From Nitrospirota bacterium (GTDB taxonomy: Bacteria > Nitrospirota > Thermodesulfovibrionia > Thermodesulfovibrionales > UBA1546), in the NCBI GenBank assembly GCA_016195565.1, contig JACPZK010000006.1:30900-94899 (forward strand): a stretch of 64,000 nucleotides of DNA, written 5' to 3'. Below the pieces are notes generated by a model, which saw nothing but the letters and a program-made list of their open reading frames with translations, made no database searches and had not been told where the DNA came from. The translations under genes and the position numbers were made by a program. Every line of letters starts with the position of its first letter. Positions within the stretch are counted from its first letter, which is position 1. Positions 46,343 through 55,177 of this stretch are shown one piece after another.

Positions 46343-47743
46343 ATGGTACGGGTTCGTTTTGCGCCGAGTCCTACAGGGCATCTGCATATTGGAGGAGCGA
46401 GGACTGCTCTTTTTAACTACCTTTTTGCAAGACACAATAACGGCAAATTCATACTGAGAATTGAAGACACTGACAGGACACGCTCCACAGAAGAATACAT
46501 AGAGGCAATCATCGAAGGAATGCAATGGCTTAAACTCGAATGGGATGAAGGCCCATTCAGGCAGACAGACAGGTTTGATGTATATAGAAGTTATGTTGAT
46601 AAACTTCTGAAAGAAGGCAAGGCATATTACTGCTACTGCTCGCCCGAAGAGCTTGAGCAGAGAAGAAAAGAGGCTCTGGCTCAGGGAAAATCTCCAAAAT
46701 ACGACGGAAGATGCAGGGATAATAAATGCCCTAAAGGAGCTGTCAGGTTTAAGATGCCGCAGGAAGGCCAGACAGTTGTTGATGACTTAATAAAGGGCAA
46801 GGTTGTATTTGAAAATGATCAGCTTGATGACCTCATTATAATGCGCTCTGACGGAACGCCAACATATAACTTTACAGTTGTTGTTGATGACGTTGATATG
46901 AAGATAACGCACGTTATAAGAGGTGACGACCATCTGAATAATACGCCAAAGCAGATACATATATATAAAGCACTCGGGCATGAGATTCCATTGTTTGCGC
47001 ATCTTCCGATGATTCTCGGCTCTGACAAGACACGACTCTCAAAAAGGCATGGAGCAACGTCTGTGATGGCTTATAAGGAGATGGGTTATCTTCCTGATGC
47101 TTTGATAAATTATCTTGTGCGTCTCGGATGGTCCTGCGGAGATCAGGAGGTGTTCACAAGGGAGGAGTTAATAAAATATTTCTCTTTTGAGAATGTCGGT
47201 AAATCATCTGCTGTATTTAATCCTGAAAAACTTCTGTGGCTCAACAGCCAGTATATCATCAAATCAAATCCTGAAGAACTTGGAGAGCTTGTGATTCCCT
47301 TTCTTGAAAATGCAGGCGTAATCCAAAAGGGACAGCAAATAGACAGGCAGTGGCTTTCAAGGGCAATCAAAACACTTCAGGAGCGGGCAAAGACATTGGT
47401 TGAGCTTGCAAATTCCCTCAGATATTACATAGCAGAAGATGTTCAATATGACGAGAAGGCAAAGCCAAAATTCCTGAATGAAAAGAGTATGCCGTATCTT
47501 AAAGAACTGAAAGAGGGCATCGAATCAATCTCTGATTTTTCAGCTCATGAACTTGAAAAGGTCTTTAAATCTATTGTAGAAAAGCATGGAATAAAGCTTG
47601 GCGCCCTCGCCCAGCCCGTGCGCGTTGCCATGACCGGCGGCACCGAAAGCCCCGGCATATTCAAGTTGCTTGAGGTTCTTGGGAAAGAAAAGACGATTAA
47701 GAGACTTGAGAGAGCGATTAAGACAATAGAAAGCGGAAATTGA
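46343..47743 (+). CDS. gltX: glutamate--tRNA ligase
   Basis: [22 protein letters not shown] (HIGH), RIEDTD, KLSKRHG (KMSKS). Confidence 0.95.
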   Translation: MVRVRFAPSPTGHLHIGGARTALFNYLFARHNNGKFILRIEDTDRTRSTEEYIEAIIEGMQWLKLEWDEGPFRQTDRFDVYRSYVDKLLKEGKAYYCYCSPEELEQRRKEALAQGKSPKYDGRCRDNKCPKGAVRFKMPQEGQTVVDDLIKGKVVFENDQLDDLIIMRSDGTPTYNFTVVVDDVDMKITHVIRGDDHLNNTPKQIHIYKALGHEIPLFAHLPMILGSDKTRLSKRHGATSVMAYKEMGYLPDALINYLVRLGWSCGDQEVFTREELIKYFSFENVGKSSAVFNPEKLLWLNSQYIIKSNPEELGELVIPFLENAGVIQKGQQIDRQWLSRAIKTLQERAKTLVELANSLRYYIAEDVQYDEKAKPKFLNEKSMPYLKELKEGIESISDFSAHELEKVFKSIVEKHGIKLGALAQPVRVAMTGGTESPGIFKLLEVLGKEKTIKRLERAIKTIESGN

Positions 47744-47744
47744 T

Positions 47745-49427
47745 ATGAATACCGACAAACCTACTGATTTTATAAGAGAGATAATCAGGGAAGACCTGAA
47801 GGCAGGGAAATACGACAGCCGTGTTCACACTCGCTTCCCTCCTGAGCCAAACGGCTACCTTCACATCGGCCATGCAAAATCAATCTGCCTCAATTTCGGA
47901 ATCGCAAATGAATTCAACGGTCTTTGCAACCTGCGCTTTGACGACACAAATCCGACAAAAGAAGAAGTTGAATACGTTGAGTCAATAAAAGAAGATGTCA
48001 AATGGCTGGGATTTGACTGGGACAAGAGAGAGTATTATGCATCTGATTATTTCCAGAGACTTTATGATTACGCTGTTGAGCTTATCAAAAAAAGCAAGGC
48101 ATATGTATGTGACTTAAGCGCTGATGAGATTAGGGAATACCGCGGAACACTCACAGAACCCGGCAAAGAAAGCCCATATCGCAACCGCTCTGTCGAAGAA
48201 AATCTTGAACTCTTTGAGAAGATGCGTAAAGGCGAATTTCCTGACGGCTCTCGCACCTTGCGGGCAAAGATTGACATGAAATCAGGGAATATAAATATGC
48301 GCGACCCTGTTATCTACAGGATAATGCATGCAGAACACCACAGGACAGGCAATAAATGGTGCATCTATCCCATGTATGATTTTGCTCATTGTTTTTCCGA
48401 TTCAATAGAAGGAATAACGCATTCCATCTGCACCCTTGAATTTGAAGACCACAGGCCCTTGTATGACTGGTTTCTTGATGAACTTGGAGTATATCATCCA
48501 CGGCAGATTGAGTTTGCGAGGCTTAACCTCAGTTACACAGTCTTAAGCAAGAGAAGACTCATCCGGCTTGTTCAGGAAGGGCATGTCAATGGATGGGATG
48601 ATCCGAGAATGCCGACAATATCAGGATTAAGAAGGCGCGGTTATACTCCGGAATCAATCAGGAATTTCTGCGAGCGCATTGGCATTGCCAAAAGAGACAG
48701 CCTTGTTGACATGGCTCTGCTTGAATACTGCATCCGCGAAGACCTGAACAAAAGCGCTCAGCGGGTTATGGCGGTTCTCAAGCCGCTGAAGGTAGTGATA
48801 ACAAATTACCCTGAAAATCAGACCGAAGAACTTGAGGCGATAAATAATCCCGAGGATGAGAGCATGGGCAAAAGAAAGGTTCCTTTCTCGCGTATTCTTT
48901 ATATTGAGAGAGATGATTTCAGGGAAAATCCTCCCAAAGAGTTTTTCCGCCTGGCGCCACGTAGTGAAGTGAGATTGAGATATGCGTATTACATCACTTG
49001 CGTTGACGTTATTAAGGACAAGACTACCGGAGAAGTTACAGAGCTTCACTGCACCTATGACCCTGCAACCCGCGGAGGAGATTCTCCTGATAAAAGAAAA
49101 GTGAAGGCAACATTACACTGGGTCTCCGCTTCTCATGCAATTGAGGCAGAGGTGCGGCTCTACGACCATCTCTTCACAAAACCGAGCCCCGGCGAAGAAA
49201 ACGATGATTTTAAGACAGACATCAATCCGAAATCACTTGAACTGCTGAAGTCATGCTTTGTTGAACCAAGCCTTGCCGATGCGAAAACCGGTGACAGATT
49301 TCAGTTTGAGAGAATGGGTTATTTCTGCGTTGACCGTGATTCAACAAAAGAGAAACCCGTATTCAACAGGACAGTCACCCTGCGCGACACTTGGGCAAAA
49401 ATAGAAAAAGCTCAGAAAAAGGGATAA
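47745..49427 (+). CDS. glnS: glutamine--tRNA ligase
   Basis: [31 protein letters not shown], and a C-terminal anticodon-binding beta-barrel region ([10 protein letters not shown]). Confidence 0.9.
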   Translation: MNTDKPTDFIREIIREDLKAGKYDSRVHTRFPPEPNGYLHIGHAKSICLNFGIANEFNGLCNLRFDDTNPTKEEVEYVESIKEDVKWLGFDWDKREYYASDYFQRLYDYAVELIKKSKAYVCDLSADEIREYRGTLTEPGKESPYRNRSVEENLELFEKMRKGEFPDGSRTLRAKIDMKSGNINMRDPVIYRIMHAEHHRTGNKWCIYPMYDFAHCFSDSIEGITHSICTLEFEDHRPLYDWFLDELGVYHPRQIEFARLNLSYTVLSKRRLIRLVQEGHVNGWDDPRMPTISGLRRRGYTPESIRNFCERIGIAKRDSLVDMALLEYCIREDLNKSAQRVMAVLKPLKVVITNYPENQTEELEAINNPEDESMGKRKVPFSRILYIERDDFRENPPKEFFRLAPRSEVRLRYAYYITCVDVIKDKTTGEVTELHCTYDPATRGGDSPDKRKVKATLHWVSASHAIEAEVRLYDHLFTKPSPGEENDDFKTDINPKSLELLKSCFVEPSLADAKTGDRFQFERMGYFCVDRDSTKEKPVFNRTVTLRDTWAKIEKAQKKG

Positions 49428-49479
49428 TGCTCAAAGTTAGCAGCGGCTATCCGCATCCTCAGGAGTGACCAGTTAAACA

Positions 49480-49833
49480 TCATTTCTGCAAATCCCTGTC
49501 ATCAATATGAAACTTATGAAGCATCCTGTGCACAATTGGCGAGAAAATGATTCCCATTATTGCAATAAATAGAAGTCCGCTAAAAAGCGCATATCCTGAC
49601 GCAAAAACTTTTGCGCCTGTACCGGCAAGAGGATTTACCGGGCCCATACCGCCCAAGATCATAGACGCATTGAGAAGGGCATCAACCCAGTCAAGACCGG
49701 CAATCCAGTGATATCCGGCAACTCCGGCGAACAGGGCCGCTAAAATCAATAAAATGGAGATTCCGATAGCGCCTGCCAATCTTCTCATGAAGACTGCAAC
49801 CGGAGCTATTTTTTCGTGTTTGCGTTCAAACAT
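49480..49833 (-). CDS. small integral membrane protein, unknown function
   Basis: 117 aa with hydrophobic helices (GISILLILAALFAGVAGY, GLLFIAIMGIIFSPIV). Confidence 0.5.
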   Translation of the reverse strand: MFERKHEKIAPVAVFMRRLAGAIGISILLILAALFAGVAGYHWIAGLDWVDALLNASMILGGMGPVNPLAGTGAKVFASGYALFSGLLFIAIMGIIFSPIVHRMLHKFHIDDRDLQK

Positions 49834-49897
49834 GTCTTAAGCCTCACTTTCTGCATAAGAATCAAACACATATTCGGCAATAATCACGACTGCGTTT

Positions 49898-51133
49898 TTA
49901 ACTTTCCGGAAGTTTAATTCTGAATATAGTTCCTTTATCAGCTCTTTCTACAGATACAGCCCCCCCGTGCGAGACGATTATCTTATGCACTATCGCCAGC
50001 CCAAGCCCTGTGCCCTTCTCCTTCGTTGTATAGAACGGCAGAAAAATCTTGTCTTTAATCCCCTCAGATATTCCATGCCCTGTATCAGATACGGTAATCT
50101 CTGCATAGCTACGAGTCTTTGCATACCCGAAACTAAGCTTCCCTCCGCCCTTCATCGCATCAGCGGCATTCTGAATCAGGTTTGTGAATGCCTGCCTTAG
50201 AAGTATCTCATCGCCCGATATGAAAACAGACTTGTCAATATCCAGAAGAACTTCAACACTGCCGCTAACACCTGCGATGCTTGACACACAACTGTTTATG
50301 ACTTCATTGAGATTGATTTTTGAGAGAATTAATTCAACAGGCCTTGCAAATGACAAAAAATCAGAGATAATCCTATCCATAACCTCAATCTCCTTTGAGA
50401 TTGCCTCAACTGTCGGTATCAGCGCAGCGTCAGCCTTTCTGGAAAGCAGTTTTGTATATCCTGCAATCACTCCAAGAGGATTCCTGAGCTCGTGTGCAAT
50501 ACCCGCAGACATCTCTCCGAGGCTTGACAGCCTTTTCCTTAGTTCCGCCTGAGACTCCAGCGCCTTAAGCTCTGTAAGGTCGGTAAAGACAAGTATGTTG
50601 CCTATCTCTTTACCCTCATTGTCACGCAAAGGTGAAAAGGTAAGCCCGAGCCACAGCTCCCTGCCGTCAGGCAACTTATACTGAACCTCTCCTCTTTCAA
50701 TGGGCTTTCCTTCTTTAAGGAGTTTTGCTATCGGGTTTTTAAAAAGTTCCTCGCAGTTCCTTCCAATTGCATCTTCTGCCTTTATGCCAAGAATCTTTTC
50801 CGCTGATGAGTTCATGGTCTTGATTCTTAAATCCCTGTCAAAACTTATTACACCGCTCGGTACGCTCTGAAGGATATTCCTGTTGTAGCTTTCAACATCC
50901 CCTGCCCTCTGCTCGGCGAGCTTCTTTAACACCTCAAGCTCTTTCTCCTTTTCTTTCAGCTTGGAGACAAGCTCATGAAATGTATCAACGACAAATCCTA
51001 CATGCGAAGTATCCTTCTGTTCTTTTTTTTTCTTTTCCTTGTTGAATTTCAGGAATGCCCTGAATAAATAGAAGAAGACAAGTGTTACAATCAGGAATAT
51101 AAAAAGAGGCAAGTATGCTGCTTCGGCGCTCAT
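49898..51133 (-). CDS. PAS-domain sensor histidine kinase
   Basis: N-terminal TM, PAS-like region, H-box GIAHELRNPL, N/G boxes QNAADAM, DTGHGI, GTGLGLAI. Confidence 0.85.
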   Translation of the reverse strand: MSAEAAYLPLFIFLIVTLVFFYLFRAFLKFNKEKKKKEQKDTSHVGFVVDTFHELVSKLKEKEKELEVLKKLAEQRAGDVESYNRNILQSVPSGVISFDRDLRIKTMNSSAEKILGIKAEDAIGRNCEELFKNPIAKLLKEGKPIERGEVQYKLPDGRELWLGLTFSPLRDNEGKEIGNILVFTDLTELKALESQAELRKRLSSLGEMSAGIAHELRNPLGVIAGYTKLLSRKADAALIPTVEAISKEIEVMDRIISDFLSFARPVELILSKINLNEVINSCVSSIAGVSGSVEVLLDIDKSVFISGDEILLRQAFTNLIQNAADAMKGGGKLSFGYAKTRSYAEITVSDTGHGISEGIKDKIFLPFYTTKEKGTGLGLAIVHKIIVSHGGAVSVERADKGTIFRIKLPES

Positions 51134-51909
51134 CTAATTCCTATATACCAGAAAAAAATCTCCTGCCCTGCAAAGAGTGTTATAATTGCGCCTGCCGCAA
51201 GGAACGGGCCGAATGGTATCTTGCTCTTTCTTCCGCTGCCCTTAAATACCATCAGGAATATGCCCCATACAGAACCAAAGAGACTTCCGAGAAAGGTCGT
51301 CAGCAGGACAGATTTCCATCCCATCAAAGCTCCAACCATTGCCATCATCTTTATGTCGCCTCCGCCCATTCCTCCACGGCTGAGAACGGCAATCAAATAG
51401 AAAAGGCCAAACCCTGTGACAGCGCCGATAATTGAAGTCTTAAATCCCATTAAGCTCCATCTCAAAAAAGGGTCATAAAGCAAAAATGAGCCTGCGATCA
51501 ATCCTATCAGGGCACCGGGAATCGTTATGCTGTCGGGTATTATCTGGAAATCAACATCAATGAATGTTATCACTATCAATGAAGAAACAAACGCAAAATA
51601 AAATAATGTGTGCCATCCCATTCCGAATCTCCATAAAACAGCGGTATAGAAAAAGGCATTCACAGCCTCAACCACCGGATACCTGAGAGATATATTTCCC
51701 TTGCATGCCCTGCATCTTCCGGCAAGCATTATATAGCTGATAATCGGTATGTTATCCCATATCTTTATGGGTGTGTTGCATGACGGGCAGTATGAAGAAG
51801 GCAGGATTATTGATTTCCCTCTCGGGATTCTGTATATGCAGACATTCAGGAAAGAACCGACGATGGAGCCGAAGATAAAAACCATGAGGTAAATAATCAG
51901 GCTGTGCAT
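51130..51909 (-). CDS. pilD: prepilin peptidase / N-methyltransferase (A24 family)
   Basis: CPSCNTP...GRCRAC Cys pairs, GGMGGGDIKMMAMVG and FGPFLAAGA Asp-protease motifs. Confidence 0.9.
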   Translation of the reverse strand: MHSLIIYLMVFIFGSIVGSFLNVCIYRIPRGKSIILPSSYCPSCNTPIKIWDNIPIISYIMLAGRCRACKGNISLRYPVVEAVNAFFYTAVLWRFGMGWHTLFYFAFVSSLIVITFIDVDFQIIPDSITIPGALIGLIAGSFLLYDPFLRWSLMGFKTSIIGAVTGFGLFYLIAVLSRGGMGGGDIKMMAMVGALMGWKSVLLTTFLGSLFGSVWGIFLMVFKGSGRKSKIPFGPFLAAGAIITLFAGQEIFFWYIGIR

Positions 51910-51911
51910 AT

Positions 51912-52223
51912 TTATTCCACCTTGCTTATCTCGGATACCTTCTTATTTATATCTTCAATCTCGGAATTAAGCTTCTCTATCTCGCTTATAGAGTCTGCTA
52001 TAATCTTGTCTTTCAGCACGTTCTTTTCATGTTGTTCCTTCAGCTCAAACACACGCTCGCCGATAAGCCTCAGCTTTTCAGCCCTTTCTTTTTCCTTCTT
52101 ATCCCTATCGCTTACAAGCTTGATAACAGAAAATTCAATCTTCATCCGTTCGGATAAAATGGAAGAAAACCATTTTATCCTCTCTATGCCGGAATCAAAA
52201 TTATTCTTAATCCTCTTCCACAT
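51912..52223 (-). CDS. coiled-coil hypothetical protein
   Basis: 103 aa, Lys/Glu-rich heptad-like sequence, 2-nt gap to pilD. Confidence 0.45.
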   Translation of the reverse strand: MWKRIKNNFDSGIERIKWFSSILSERMKIEFSVIKLVSDRDKKEKERAEKLRLIGERVFELKEQHEKNVLKDKIIADSISEIEKLNSEIEDINKKVSEISKVE

Positions 52224-52438
52224 AAAACCTCCTTGCCTTTAATGCTAATTCATTCAAAAATCAGGAGTCAATTCAGCTTTAAGCAATGTCTCATAATAAC
52301 ATAACAGCCGTTTATGAAAACACCTTTCCCAATTTGAAAAATCCTCCGGATATGCTATAGTTTAGACAAATTTATAAAAATACGGCAGTCTGTATAGTAG
52401 ATATTGGCAAACTACTTCAAAAAAGGGGGCAATAAACT

Positions 52439-52714
52439 ATGCTGAAGGGATACGGTGGACTATTTGGATATTTGACGGGAGATTTCGGCACAAAGCATGT
52501 CAACGATATACTACATGAAGTTCGTGCGGCTGAACGAAGTAACGTAAACGATTATGACGAGAAACTTGTGAACCAGTCAATTGTGCATACTAGGGAAGAT
52601 CTGGCAGGCGTGTTTTTACATGTCAGTAGCCTTAATCAACAGGTATGGATAATTAGGCGATCGCTTCTCATTGCAAACATTTTGCTTGCTCTCCTTTTAA
52701 TTCGACTATGGTGA
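52439..52714 (+). CDS. hypothetical tail-anchored small protein
   Basis: 91 aa; single C-terminal TM (LLIANILLALLLIRLW); AGGGGG upstream of the ATG. Confidence 0.35.
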   Translation: MLKGYGGLFGYLTGDFGTKHVNDILHEVRAAERSNVNDYDEKLVNQSIVHTREDLAGVFLHVSSLNQQVWIIRRSLLIANILLALLLIRLW

Positions 52715-52793
52715 AACTGAGTCGCTTTACTGCAACGAGGCACGGGATGCGTAAATGGGGAAGAACGGAAAAGGGGATGGTTGTTCTAATTAA

Positions 52794-53564
52794 ATGAAAA
52801 AAGTCTTTATCTCATATGTTAGAAGCAATTCCGAGGCAGTCGACCGGATATGCGACGAATTGAGAAAAAATGCTATTGAATATTGGATTGATCGCGAACA
52901 AATAAAGCCCGGGACATTATGGAAAACGGCGATAAAAGAAGCCATAAATGATGGAGCGTATTTCCTCGCATGCTTTTCTCGTGAATATGAAGAAAGGACT
53001 GAAACCCACATGAATGAAGAGATAATATTGGCGGTCGAGATTTTGAGAAAAAAGCATTTTAATAGCGGTTGGTTTATTCCAGTTAAACTAAGTGATTGTA
53101 ATATTCCATCTTATAACATTGGCGCTGGAAGCACTTTACAAGACATACATTATTTAGAGTTTCATAAGGACTGGGAAAGAGGAATAAATAGATTGATAGA
53201 CATGATTAAACGAGACGAAAATTTAAAGCAGGATGATATTTATGAAAAGTTCTTCGAAAAGCAATATATCTATCAAGGATTAAAAAGTTTGATTGAAAAA
53301 GGGGATGGTATCGGATTTCATAATGCTGATCAAGGGCATCCCGTATATCAATCGGGCGCTAAAGGCAGGTTAGATGAAATGTGGGAGTATGCTGACTCAT
53401 CAGATAAAAATCTATTATTCCAAATGCTATCCAAGCTAACTAAAGAACTCAAAGAGTTAGAAATAGAAAATTATAGATTTATTTGGTGGTATGATTTCAG
53501 CGAGTGGAAAGATTTCTGCAAATTTGCAGTTGACGTTTACAATAAGAAACGCGGCTATACATAA
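52794..53564 (+). CDS. TIR-domain protein with uncharacterised C-terminal domain
   Basis: KVFISYVRSNSEAVDRICDELRKNAIEYWIDREQIKPGTLW...AYFLACFSREYEE is a typical bacterial TIR_2 N-terminus. The ~120-aa C-terminal part is unrecognised. Confidence 0.75.
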   Translation: MKKVFISYVRSNSEAVDRICDELRKNAIEYWIDREQIKPGTLWKTAIKEAINDGAYFLACFSREYEERTETHMNEEIILAVEILRKKHFNSGWFIPVKLSDCNIPSYNIGAGSTLQDIHYLEFHKDWERGINRLIDMIKRDENLKQDDIYEKFFEKQYIYQGLKSLIEKGDGIGFHNADQGHPVYQSGAKGRLDEMWEYADSSDKNLLFQMLSKLTKELKELEIENYRFIWWYDFSEWKDFCKFAVDVYNKKRGYT

Positions 53565-53738
53565 ATGTATAAATGGGGACGATTCTAATTAAATGAAAAA
53601 GATGCAAACAAGAAAATGGGAATAATAAATACACCCGTTCTCTTTAAGCGGCTTAAGGGATCGCGAGAAACTGCACCCCTCCCTGCGAGCGTGGCCGTTG
53701 TGCTAAAATATTAACAAAATATAGTAGGAGGTACTGAT

Positions 53739-53924
53739 ATGGCTGCTGTGAAGGAGGCAATGACAAAAATTATTAGAGAACAGCCCGAAGATGCCTCGTA
53801 TGAGGAAATAATGCGAGAGCTGGCATTTGAGCGAATGATTGAGCGGGGATTAGAAGATTCACGAAATGGCAGGATGTGCAGTGATGCAGAAATGGGGCAA
53901 CGCATTCGTTCATGGCAAAAATAA
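53739..53924 (+). CDS. small antitoxin-like protein (partner type of ParE/RelE toxins)
   Basis: 61 aa, ...SYEEIMRELAFERMIERGLEDSRNGRM.S..E...RI..W pattern; overlaps a ParE-like start by 13 nt. Confidence 0.55.
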   Translation: MAAVKEAMTKIIREQPEDASYEEIMRELAFERMIERGLEDSRNGRMCSDAEMGQRIRSWQK

Positions 53925-54001
53925 GGTGGACGTCAGAGGCGGAAAAGTGGCTTAGAGAGATTCATGAATATATTGCCCAAGAAGAACGAAAATGGAAATA
54001 A
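53912..54001 (+). pseudogene. truncated ParE/RelE-type toxin remnant (29 codons)
   Basis: MAKIRWTSEAEKWLREIHEYIAQ is a canonical ParE/RelE N-terminus. The frame then ends (EERKWK-stop) at a sequence repeated elsewhere in the islet. Confidence 0.6.
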
Positions 54002-54030
54002 TAAATATAACCGTCCCCATTAAGAACCAC

Positions 54031-54411
54031 ATGAAAAACATATTATTGTCAGCGTTAATTCTTGTCGGTCTGGGCGGCTGTGTTCCGGTAGACAAAGTGC
54101 CCGGATCCGGAGGTGAGCTTATCCAAATAAAACAGGGAAATGTCGGCACTTTCCATGAACTCAGGGTAGGTGTCACAAATATAATCAAAACTGATTATGT
54201 TGATGAGGCTGGCGTAAAAAAGCAGCGTTTAATAGCTGTATTGGCATTATTTATCGACGGGAATCCCCCGCAGGAAAAGGATTTCCAAGTTCATGCGGGG
54301 CAGAAGATAATAATGGATAAATACTCAGTGTATGTGGAAGAAATACGAGGAACTGATAAAGGTCTGGTAACATTGCGGATAGAAGAGATCTCTAAATCTC
54401 CAACCCGGTAA
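54031..54411 (+). CDS. hypothetical lipoprotein
   Basis: MKNILLSALILVGLGGC signal/lipobox; start moved to ATG 54031. Confidence 0.55.
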   Translation: MKNILLSALILVGLGGCVPVDKVPGSGGELIQIKQGNVGTFHELRVGVTNIIKTDYVDEAGVKKQRLIAVLALFIDGNPPQEKDFQVHAGQKIIMDKYSVYVEEIRGTDKGLVTLRIEEISKSPTR

Positions 54412-54499
54412 AAAGTGAGAACGCAGAGGGACACTTTCCGGATTTATCTACTATCTTTTCCATAACCCACAGCCCAAAACTATCTTGAAATATAACTTT

Positions 54500-54895
54500 T
54501 TAATTTTTCCAGTTTTCTACCTTTAATCCTTCTACTCGCTCAAAATACTGCGTGTTATCAGTAACCATTACGAGATTATTTGACTTGGCAATGCCGGCAA
54601 TGAGAATATCTATATCATCAATCAAATTGCCTGATTTTTTGAGGGATGAATATATCTTACAGGAAGATAAAATACTTACCTTATCAAGATTGATAATATC
54701 TATAAGCTCACAGAACTTATCAAATTCATCAATTCTTTTGACTGCATTTATGCTCTGCAGCCCGCTGACGATTTCATAGCAGGAAATTATAGATATAGCA
54801 ATTGATCCGATATTATTTAAGACTTTTTCTTTTGGACTCAGGTCACCCCTAAGATAAAAAGATATGATGTTTGTATCTAAGAGATACCTTATCAC
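54500..54895 (-). CDS. vapC: PIN-domain toxin VapC
   Basis: MIRYLLDTNIIS..., conserved acidic residues (D5, E, D near LVMVTDN); 4-nt overlap with the upstream antitoxin. Confidence 0.8.
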   Translation of the reverse strand: MIRYLLDTNIISFYLRGDLSPKEKVLNNIGSIAISIISCYEIVSGLQSINAVKRIDEFDKFCELIDIINLDKVSILSSCKIYSSLKKSGNLIDDIDILIAGIAKSNNLVMVTDNTQYFERVEGLKVENWKN

Positions 54896-55140
54896 AGGAT
54901 TCTTTCTCTGAATGTGCGTTGACGCCGTGAGTGGATTTCATCAAGCACAGCGCTTTCCCTGCTTGACATGTTTTTCCAAATGCCAAACAATTTTAAGGCT
55001 TCCTGACGTTTGTCTTTAACAGCTTTTTTCTGACTTTCAATGCCGATTCTGAAAAGATGGATGAAATCATAAACCTCCGCTATCTTGTCTTCGGGCAGTT
55101 TCTCCACTTCTTTTATTATTCTTTCCTTTATGCCAGCCAT
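54892..55140 (-). CDS. antitoxin of the VapBC pair (DUF2281-like)
   Basis: 82 aa, EVEKLPEDKIAEVYDFIHLF pattern; genetic coupling to vapC. Confidence 0.6.
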   Translation of the reverse strand: MAGIKERIIKEVEKLPEDKIAEVYDFIHLFRIGIESQKKAVKDKRQEALKLFGIWKNMSSRESAVLDEIHSRRQRTFRERIL

Positions 55141-55177
55141 ACTTTCACCCCCTTGCTTACGGCTATTTTATCATAAA

